Positions 1 to 5,729 of a stretch of 5,729 nt of DNA are shown here, piece after piece. The position numbers and the translations under genes were made by a program. Origin of the DNA: a virus (lineage: Duplodnaviria > Heunggongvirae > Uroviricota > Caudoviricetes); IMG/VR virus record IMGVR_UViG_3300029138_000040, one strand, 5' to 3'. Numbering within the stretch: position 1 is the first letter of the stretch; each line of letters starts with the position of its first letter. The notes beneath the pieces were generated by a model, which saw only the letters and a list, made by a program, of their open reading frames with translations, was not told the DNA's origin and ran no database searches.

Positions 1-191
1 CAAACGGCTATATCGTGGATGCGACCTGCTGGTTCAGCGAAGAATCCAACGATGCGGAAACCCTCAAGGCCGGAAAACTGTATATCGACTACGACTATAC
101 CCCGGTGCCTCCTCTTGAAAACCTGACCCTGCGCCAGCGTATTACTGATAAATACCTGGCAAATCTGGTCACCTCGGTTAACAGCAATTAA
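1..191 (+). CDS. FI: Tail sheath protein, C-terminal fragment (5'-truncated by window edge; codon phase starts at nt 3; ends ...[12 protein letters not shown])
   Basis: Open frame from the window edge to TAA at 189-191. Sits immediately upstream of the tube gene with an AGGAG Shine-Dalgarno for the next gene overlapping its stop, which is the P2 FI-FII arrangement. Identity rests mainly on synteny; the fragment is too short for independent recognition. Confidence 0.7.
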   Translation, partial: NGYIVDATCWFSEESNDAETLKAGKLYIDYDYTPVPPLENLTLRQRITDKYLANLVTSVNSN

Positions 192-195
192 GGAG
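189..195 (+). promoter_or_regulatory. Shine-Dalgarno (TAAGGAG) for FII, 8 nt upstream of ATG 204
   Basis: AGGAG at 191-195 directly read in sequence, appropriate spacing to ATG at 204-206. Confidence 0.7.
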
Positions 196-203
196 CCTGA
201 CCG

Positions 204-722
204 ATGGCAATGCCGCGCAAACTCAAATACATGAATGTCTTTCTGAACGGCTACAGCTATCAGGGCGTTGCAACGTCCGTCACGCTGCCAAAACTGACCC
301 GTAAGCTCGAAAATTATCGCGGTGCGGGGATGAACGGCAGCGCACCGGTAGACCTCGGCCTTGATGACGATGCGCTGTCAATGGAGTGGTCGCTCGGGGG
401 GTTCCCGGATTCGGTTATCTGGGAGCTTTACGCTGCAACCAGTGTTGATGCCGTACCGATTCGTTTTGCTGGTTCTTACCAGCGCGACGATACCGGCGAA
501 ACGGTGGCCGTCGAAGTGGTCATGCGTGGGCGTCAGAAAGAAATCGACACCGGCGAGGGTAAACAGGGAGAAGACACCGAGTCGAAAATCTCCGTGGTCT
601 GCACCTATTTCCGGCTGACGATGGACGGTAAGGAGCTGGTCGAAATTGACACCATCAACATGATTGAGAAGGTGAACGGCGTCGACCGGCTGGAGCAACA
701 CCGCCGAAATATCGGCCTGTGA
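204..722 (+). CDS. FII: Major tail tube protein (172 aa)
   Basis: ATG with strong SD; 172 aa, the same length as P2 gpFII; sequence (MAMPRKLKYMNVFLNGYSYQGV...) recognised as P2-family tube protein; position between sheath and E. Confidence 0.92.
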   Translation: MAMPRKLKYMNVFLNGYSYQGVATSVTLPKLTRKLENYRGAGMNGSAPVDLGLDDDALSMEWSLGGFPDSVIWELYAATSVDAVPIRFAGSYQRDDTGETVAVEVVMRGRQKEIDTGEGKQGEDTESKISVVCTYFRLTMDGKELVEIDTINMIEKVNGVDRLEQHRRNIGL

Positions 723-729
723 TTTTCAT

Positions 730-750
730 CCGGTCAGCCTGGCTGACCGG
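730..750 (+). promoter_or_regulatory. Perfect 21-bp palindrome CCGGTCAGCC-T-GGCTGACCGG in the FII-E intergenic region; potential RNA hairpin (8-9 bp stem), no U-tract
   Basis: Left arm 730-739 is the exact reverse complement of right arm 741-750. Located 8 nt after the FII stop and 29 nt before the E start. Confidence 0.45.
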
Positions 751-778
751 TTAACCCTGATTCAGAAGTGAGAAAACC

Positions 779-1087
779 ATGAACAAAGAAAATGTGATTA
801 CCCTGGACAATCCGGTCAAGCGTGGTGAGCAGGTTATCGAACAGGTCACGCTGATGAAACCCAATGCCGGGACGCTGCGTGGTGTCAGTCTGGCTGCGGT
901 CGCAAACTCCGAAGTCGATGCACTGATTAAAGTGCTGCCGCGCATGACGGCACCGATGCTGACCGAGCAGGAAGTCGCCGCGCTGGAGCTGCCTGACCTT
1001 GTGGCGCTGGCCGGTAAGGTGGTCGGTTTTTTGTCGCAGANNNNNNNNNNNNNNNGTAACGTTTCCGAAAAATCTCTCGGTCGATGA
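779..1087 (+). CDS. E: Tail assembly chaperone E (3' end uncertain because an N-run at 1041-1055 lies inside the gene)
   Basis: ATG 779; sequence MNKENVITLDNPVKRGEQVIEQVTLMKPNAGTLRGVSLAAV... recognised as P2 gpE family; contains the slippery heptamer near its 3' end. The apparent stop at 1085-1087 depends on the unknown true length of the gap. Confidence 0.8.
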   Translation: MNKENVITLDNPVKRGEQVIEQVTLMKPNAGTLRGVSLAAVANSEVDALIKVLPRMTAPMLTEQEVAALELPDLVALAGKVVGFLSQXXXXXXNVSEKSLGR

Positions 1088-1211
1088 CCTGATGGCGGAT
1101 GTGGCAGTGATATTTCACTGGCCGCCATCAGAACTGTATCCCATGAGCCTGACCGAACTCATCACATGGCGCGAAAAGGCGCTCCGGCGAAGCGGAAACA
1201 CGAATGAGTAA
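779..1211 (+). CDS. E+E': E+E' tail chaperone frameshift fusion product (-1 shift at 1027-1033; E' portion after the gap reads VTFPKNLSVDDLMADVAVIFHWPPSELYPMSLTELITWREKALRRSGNTNE*)
   Basis: Slippery site plus a 51-codon open frame after the gap ending at TAA 1209-1211, 3' of the E stop and overlapping the T ATG. Exact junction is not verifiable because of the N-run. Confidence 0.6.
1027..1033 (+). promoter_or_regulatory. Programmed -1 ribosomal frameshift slippery heptamer T_TTT_TTG
   Basis: In the E zero frame the codons are GGT TTT TTG (G-F-L), giving an X_XXY_YYZ heptamer. A downstream ORF in another frame (E') runs to 1211 and overlaps the T start, as in the P2 E/E' system. Confidence 0.7.
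1041..1055. other. Run of 15 N (assembly gap or mask) inside E/E'
   Basis: Directly visible. The E' frame after the gap (codon start 1056, phase 0) is not the -1 frame of E before the gap (phase 1), so the true length is probably not 15. Confidence 1.
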
Positions 1212-3640
1212 CAATGTAAAATTACAGGTATTGCTCAGGGCTGTTGACCAGGCATCCCGCCCGTTTAAATCCATCCGCACAGCGAGTAAGTCGCTGTCGG
1301 GGGATATCCGGGAAACACAAAAATCACTGCGCGAGCTGAACGGTCACGCATCCCGTATTGAGGGATTTCGCAAGACCAGTGCACAGCTCGCCGTGACTGG
1401 TCATGCACTTGAAAAGGCACGGCAGGAGGCCGAAGCCCTTGCCACACAGTTTAAAAATACCGAACGACCGACCCGTGCTCAGGCGAAAGTGCTGGAATCC
1501 GCAAAGCGTGCGGCGGAGGACTTACAGGCGAAATATAACCGCCTGACGGATTCCGTTAAACGCCAGCAGCGGGAACTGGCCGTTGTGGGAATTAATACCC
1601 GCAATCTTGCACATGATGAGCAGGGACTGAAAAACCGTATCAGTGAAACCACCGCACAGCTTAACCGTCAGCGTGATGCGCTGGCGCGTGTCAGTGCGCA
1701 ACAGGCAAAACTTAACGCAGTCAAACAGCGTTATCAGGCCGGAAAGGAACTGGCCGGAAATATGGCCTCAGTGGGCGCTGCCGGTGTGGGGATTGCGGCG
1801 GCGGGAACGATGGCCGGTGTTAAGCTACTGATGCCCGGTTATGAGTTTGCGCAGAAAAACTCAGAATTACAGGCCGTGCTCGGTGTGGCAAAAGACTCCG
1901 CCGAAATGGCTGCACTACGCAAGCAGGCGCGCCAGCTCGGCGACAATACCGCAGCCTCGGCAGATGATGCAGCCGGTGCGCAGATTATTATTGCGAAAGC
2001 CGGTGGGGATGTTGATGCCATTCAGGCGGCAACGCCGGTCACGCTGAATATGGCGCTGGCGAACCGTCGCACGATGGAAGAAAACGCCGCCCTGCTGATG
2101 GGGATGAAATCCGCCTTTCAGCTTTCAAACGATAAGGTCGCTCATATCGGGGATGTTCTCTCCATGACGATGAACAAAACCGCCGCCGATTTTGACGGTA
2201 TGAGCGATGCGCTGACCTATGCCGCACCAGTGGCAAAAAATGCCGGTGTCAGCATTGAAGAAACCGCCGCAATGGTCGGGGCGCTGCATGACGCAAAAAT
2301 TANNNNNNNNNNNNNNNNNNNNNGTGTTAAGCCGCCTGCAGGCACCGACGGGAAAAGCATGGGATGCACTCAAAGAGCTTGGTGTGAAAACCTCAGACAG
2401 CAAGGGAAATACCCGACCAGTATTTACCATTCTGAAAGAAATGCAGGCCAGTTTTGAGAAAAACCGGCTCGGTACTGCCCAGCAGGCTGAATACATGAAA
2501 ACTATTTTCGGGGAGGAGGCCAGCTCAGCCGCCGCCGTGCTGATGACTGCCGCCTCAACCGGAAAGCTGGACAAACTGACCGCTGCGTTTAAAGCCTCAG
2601 ACGGGAAGACCGCTGAGCTGGTAAATATCATGCAGGACAACCTCGGCGGTGACTTTAAGGAGTTTCAGTCCGCTTATGAGGCGGTGGGGACTGACCTGTT
2701 TGACCAGCAGGAAGGCGCACTGCGTAAGCTCACGCAGACGGCCACAAAGTATGTGTTAAAACTCGACGGCTGGATACAGAAAAACAAATCACTGGCGTCA
2801 ACCATCGGCATCATTGTCGGTGGTGCACTGGCGCTGATTGGTGTCATCGGTGCCATTGGCCTCGTAGCCTGGCCGGTTATCACCGGCATCAATGCCATCA
2901 TCGCGGCAGCAGGCGCAATGGGAGCAATCTTCACGACGGTTGGCAGTGCTGTTATGACGGCCATCGGGGCGATTAGCTGGCCGGTTGTGGCCGTGGTGGC
3001 CGCCATTGTCGCCGGGGCGTTACTTATCCGTAAATACTGGGAGCCTGTCAGCGCATTCTTTGGCGGTGTGGTTGAAGGGCTGAAAGCGGCATTTGCGCCG
3101 GTGGGGGAACTGTTCACGCCACTTAAGCCGGTGTTTGACTGGCTGGGCGAAAAGTTACAGGCCGCGTGGCAGTGGTTTAAAAACCTGATTGCCCCGGTCA
3201 AAGCCACCCGGGACACCCTGAACCGTTGCCGTGATACGGGCGTCATGTTCGGGCAGGCACTGGCTGACGCGTTGATGCTGCCGCTTAATGCGTTCAACAA
3301 ACTGCGCAGCGGTATTGACTGGGTACTGGAAAAACTCGGTGTTATCAACAAAGAGTCAGGCACGCTTGACCAGACCGCCGCCAGAACTCATGCCGCCACG
3401 TATGGCACCGGTGGTTATATTCCGGCGACCAGCTCTTATGCAGGCTATCAGGCTTATCAGCCGGTCACGGCACCGGCTGGCCGCTCTTATGTGGACCAGA
3501 GTAAAAACGAATATCACATCAGCCTGACGGGTGGTACTGCACCGGGGACACAGCTTGACCGCCAGTTACAGGATGCGCTCGAAAAATACGAGCGGGATAA
3601 ACGTGCGCGCGCCCGTGCCAGCATGATGCATGACGGTTAA
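1204..3640 (+). CDS. T: Tail tape measure protein (about 812 codons as drawn; interrupted by N-run 2303-2323 with an apparent frame change across it)
   Basis: ATG 1204 overlapping the E' stop. N-terminal Ala/Gln/Arg/Lys-rich predicted coiled coil, Gly/Ala-rich hydrophobic segments (GNMASVGAAGVGIAAAGTMAGV; a long one at 2789-3028), and TMP-typical motifs after the gap (LSRLQAPTGKAWDALKELGVK...). Stop TAA 3638-3640. The ORF track splits it as 1204..2457 and 2219..3640 only because of the gap. Confidence 0.9.
2303..2323. other. Run of 21 N (assembly gap or mask) inside the tape measure gene
   Basis: Directly visible. Coding phase is 1 before and 2 after, so the true length is congruent to 2 mod 3 (for example 32 nt would give an 815-aa protein). 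Confidence 1.
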
Positions 3641-3648
3641 GGAGGTGA
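3639..3648 (+). promoter_or_regulatory. Shine-Dalgarno AAGGAGGTGA for U, overlapping the T stop codon
   Basis: Near-consensus SD read directly, 6-7 nt upstream of ATG 3655. Confidence 0.8.
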
Positions 3649-3654
3649 CGAAAA

Positions 3655-4134
3655 ATGATGCTCGCGTTAGGTATGTTTGTTTTTATGCGCCAGACGCTGC
3701 CACACCAGACCATGCAGCGTGAATCAGATTATCGCTGGCCGTCAAATTCCCGTATCGGTAAACGGGATGCCTACCAGTTTCTCGGCGTTGGTGAGGAAAA
3801 CATGACGCTTGCCGGTGTGCTTTATCCCGAACTGACCGGCGGCAAGCTGACGATGACCACGCTCAGACTGATGGCAGAGGAAGGCCGGGCGTGGCCGTTG
3901 CTGGATGGCACCGGCATGATTTACGGCATGTATGTCATCAGCAAGGTGAGTGAAACAGGGAGTATTTTCTTTGCAGACGGCACACCCCGGAAAATTGATT
4001 TTACGCTGTCGCTCACCCGCGTTGATGAATCACTGGCCGCGCTTTATGGCGATATCGGTAAACAGGCGGAATCGCTCATCGGTAAGGCTGGCAGTATGGC
4101 GACTAAATTCACGGGTATGACGGGGGCGGGATAA
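3655..4134 (+). CDS. U: Tail protein U (P2 gpU family, 159 aa)
   Basis: Strong SD; 159 aa, matching P2 gpU length; sequence MMLALGMFVFMRQTLPHQTMQRESDYRWPSNSRIGKRDAYQFLGVGEEN... recognised; stop TAA 4132-4134 overlaps the D start (TAATG). Confidence 0.92.
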   Translation: MMLALGMFVFMRQTLPHQTMQRESDYRWPSNSRIGKRDAYQFLGVGEENMTLAGVLYPELTGGKLTMTTLRLMAEEGRAWPLLDGTGMIYGMYVISKVSETGSIFFADGTPRKIDFTLSLTRVDESLAALYGDIGKQAESLIGKAGSMATKFTGMTGAG

Positions 4135-5297
4135 TGCTGGATGCACTGACATTTGATGCAGGCAGTACGCTGACGCCGGATTACATGCTGATGCTCGACA
4201 GCAGGGATATTACCGGCAATATCAGCGACCGTCTGATGAGCATGACCATGACGGATAACCGGGGCTTTGAGGCTGACCAGCTTGATATTGAACTGAACGA
4301 TGCCGACGGGCAGGTCGGACTACCGATTCGTGGCGCTGTCCTGACGGTGTATATCGGCTGGAAAGGTTTTGCCCTGGTATGCAAAGGGAAATTTACCGTT
4401 GATGAGGTTGAACACCGGGGCGCACCGGATGTGGTCACCATCCGCGCCCGGAGTGCAGATTTTCGCGGGACGCTCAATTCCCGCCGTGAAGGCTCATGGC
4501 ATGACACCACGCTCGGTGCGATTGTTGAGGCGATAGCCTCCCGTAACAGGCTGGAAGCCAGTGTCGCTCCGTCACTGGCCGGAATTAAAATCCCGCACAT
4601 CGACCAGTCGCAGGAGTCTGATGCGAAATTTCTGACCCGTCTTGCAGAACGCAACGGCGGTGAGGTGTCGGTAAAAATGGGAAAACTGCTGTTTCTCAAA
4701 GCGGGGCAGGGGGTGACGGCCAGCGGTAAAAAAATCCCGCAGGTCACCATCACCCGCAGCGACGGTGACCGCCATCATTTTGCGATTGCTGACCGTGGAG
4801 CCTACACCGGCGTAACGGCAAAGTGGTTACACACCAAAGACCCGAAGCCGCAAAAGCAGAAGGTAAAACTGAAACGCAAAAAGAAAGAAAAACACCTGCG
4901 CGCACTGGAGCACCCGAAAGCAAAACCGGTCAGGCAGAAGAAAGCGCCAAAAGTACCGGAAGCGCGCGAAGGTGAATACATGGCCGGTGAGGCTGACAAC
5001 GTTTTTGCCCTGACCACGGTATATGCCACGAAAGCACAGGCCATGCGTGCCGCTCAGGCGAAGTGGGATAAACTGCAACGGGGCGTTGCGGAGTTCTCCA
5101 TCAGCCTGGCTACCGGTCGTGCTGATATTTACACGGAAACACCGGTTAAAGTATCAGGCTTTAAGCGCGTCATAGACGAGCAGGACTGGACAATCACTAA
5201 GGTGACACATTTTCTGAATAATAGCGGCTTCACGACGTCCTTAGAGCTTGAGGTCAGGCTTTCTGATGTGGAGTACGAAACAGAAGATGATGAGTGA
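4134..5297 (+). CDS. D: Tail protein D (P2 gpD family, gp27/VgrG-N-terminal-like baseplate hub; 387 aa)
   Basis: ATG 4134 overlapping the U stop; 387 aa, the P2 gpD length; follows U and precedes ogr; contains a Lys-rich low-complexity segment at 4836-4976; stop TGA 5295-5297. Confidence 0.9.
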   Translation: MLDALTFDAGSTLTPDYMLMLDSRDITGNISDRLMSMTMTDNRGFEADQLDIELNDADGQVGLPIRGAVLTVYIGWKGFALVCKGKFTVDEVEHRGAPDVVTIRARSADFRGTLNSRREGSWHDTTLGAIVEAIASRNRLEASVAPSLAGIKIPHIDQSQESDAKFLTRLAERNGGEVSVKMGKLLFLKAGQGVTASGKKIPQVTITRSDGDRHHFAIADRGAYTGVTAKWLHTKDPKPQKQKVKLKRKKKEKHLRALEHPKAKPVRQKKAPKVPEAREGEYMAGEADNVFALTTVYATKAQAMRAAQAKWDKLQRGVAEFSISLATGRADIYTETPVKVSGFKRVIDEQDWTITKVTHFLNNSGFTTSLELEVRLSDVEYETEDDE

Positions 5298-5315
5298 TGT
5301 AATTTATTTATCTGT

Positions 5316-5344
5316 TTGTTTTATAAGGATAAATTAACTAAAAT
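5316..5344 (+). promoter_or_regulatory. Candidate sigma70 promoter for ogr: -35 TTGTTT (5316-5321), 17-bp spacer, -10 TAAAAT (5339-5344)
   Basis: AT-rich 80-bp D-ogr intergenic region. Hexamers read directly, 3/6 and 5/6 matches to consensus with optimal spacing; predicted start about 5351, upstream of the ogr SD. Not experimentally supported. Confidence 0.35.
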
Positions 5345-5378
5345 GGCACTATCAACAAAACCGGAAGAGGTGCTTGCG

Positions 5379-5597
5379 ATGTTTCATTGTCCTTTATGCC
5401 AGCATGCCGCACATGCGCGTACAAGCCGCTATATCACTGACACGACAAAAGAGCGTTATCACCAGTGTCAGAACGTGAATTGCAGCGCCACGTTCATCAC
5501 CTATGAGTCGGTACAGAGATACATCGTGAAGCCGGGAGAAGTCCACGCCGTAAGGCCGCACCCGTTGCCGTCAGGGCAGCAAATTATGTGGATGTGA
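5379..5597 (+). CDS. ogr: Late gene transcriptional activator Ogr (Ogr/Delta zinc-finger family, 72 aa)
   Basis: ATG 5379 preceded by GGAAGAGG SD; product MFHCPLCQHAAHARTSRYITDTTKERYHQCQNVNCSATF... with a C-x2-C...C-x4-C zinc-binding pattern, recognised as P2 Ogr. The longer ORF from 5316 uses a TTG inside the promoter region and is not favoured. Confidence 0.9.
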   Translation: MFHCPLCQHAAHARTSRYITDTTKERYHQCQNVNCSATFITYESVQRYIVKPGEVHAVRPHPLPSGQQIMWM

Positions 5598-5626
5598 TCA
5601 CAAAAATAGCCCCTCAGTTGAGTAAT

Positions 5627-5660
5627 GCCAGTCAGTTAAGCAACTGACTGGCTCTTTTTC
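5627..5660 (+). terminator. Rho-independent terminator: 11-bp perfect stem GCCAGTCAGTT / AACTGACTGGC, 4-nt loop AAGC, followed by TCTTTTTC
   Basis: Inverted repeat and T-tract read directly, 30 nt downstream of the ogr stop. Confidence 0.75.
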
Positions 5661-5729
5661 GGGGCTGTGGGGTATTTTCAGGGCCTCTCCTTTACCACTC
5701 TCGGGAAGGCCCTTTCCCTTCTTGTCGGT

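Noticed and set aside
378-701. 107-aa minus-strand ORF inside FII, and the overlapping + strand alternative-frame ORF 361..618
   Set aside because: Both are fully embedded in the well-supported tube gene with no SD or recognisable product; antisense and off-frame ORFs of this length are expected by chance in GC-rich coding DNA.
751-1128. Minus-strand ORFs 751..1128 and 927..1118 opposite E/E'
   Set aside because: They run through the N-run, are antisense to a recognisable conserved gene, and have an Ser/Ala/Arg-rich composition typical of antisense artefacts.
1265-2047. Short ORFs within the 5' half of the tape measure gene (1265..1447 -, 1643..1831 +, 1839..2021 -, 1841..2047 +)
   Set aside because: All are 60-68 aa, nested in the tape measure reading frame region, and have no start signals; the composition is an off-frame artefact.
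2039-3363. Minus-strand ORFs 2039..2236, 2125..2640 and 2674..3363 (up to 229 aa) opposite the tape measure gene
   Set aside because: Antisense to a strongly supported gene. The 229-aa one mirrors the Gly/Ala-rich hydrophobic block (giving an Ala/Pro/Thr-rich product) and one spans the N-run; no independent evidence of coding.
3288-3713. ORFs 3288..3527 (+, alternate frame) and 3519..3713 (-) at the T-U junction
   Set aside because: Overlap the tape measure 3' end and the U start; the U start region is fully explained by its strong SD and ATG; no support for an extra gene.
4181-5078. Minus-strand ORFs 4181..4753, 4572..4778, 4802..5044 and 4827..5078 opposite gene D
   Set aside because: Antisense to D. 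The Phe/Leu/Cys-rich products of the last two are the direct complement of the Lys-rich purine tract in D and are low-complexity artefacts.
5316-5378. N-terminal extension of ogr starting at TTG 5316 (93-aa version in the ORF track)
   Set aside because: Non-ATG start lying in the AT-rich promoter-like spacer with no SD; the conserved zinc-finger protein begins at ATG 5379, which has a good SD.
5598-5729. Minus-strand open frame running from the window end through the terminator hairpin to a TGA abutting the ogr stop (possible integrase C-terminus)
   Set aside because: Only about 44 codons are visible, the peptide shows no tyrosine-recombinase C-terminal motifs, and it would place a perfect terminator hairpin inside coding sequence; most likely chance. 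Needs downstream sequence to revisit.
5661-5729. P2 attP core or prophage junction
   Set aside because: Expected in this neighbourhood by synteny, but I could not match any remembered att core sequence in the 70 bp available; left as a hypothesis rather than a feature.
1-5729. Hidden defence or accessory system (toxin-antitoxin, abortive infection, CRISPR, retron, small RNA)
   Set aside because: No repeats or spacers, no unassigned ORF with start signals, and no intergenic space over 80 bp; the window is fully occupied by conserved tail genes and ogr.

Overview
This window reads as the distal part of a P2-type (Peduovirus-like) contractile-tail late operon followed by the late-gene activator gene, all on the + strand. 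In order: the 3' end of the tail sheath gene (FI), tail tube (FII), tail chaperone E with its -1 frameshift extension E', tape measure protein (T), tail protein U, hub-like tail protein D, then ogr with its own candidate promoter and a strong intrinsic terminator. Genes are tightly packed with overlapping stop/start codons (E'/T, U/D). Calls rest on gene order, exact size agreement with the P2 proteins (FII 172 aa, U 159 aa, D 387 aa, Ogr 72 aa) and recognisable protein sequence from memory; no database search was run. Two runs of N (1041-1055, 2303-2323) interrupt E/E' and T, and the reading frame does not carry across them, so they are not length-faithful. I do not see a novel defence or accessory system here: essentially every base is accounted for by canonical tail genes. 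The findings are therefore modest: the recoding site, an intergenic palindrome after the tube gene, a strongly basic low-complexity insert in D, the ogr promoter/start, and the terminator with a possible prophage boundary beyond it.
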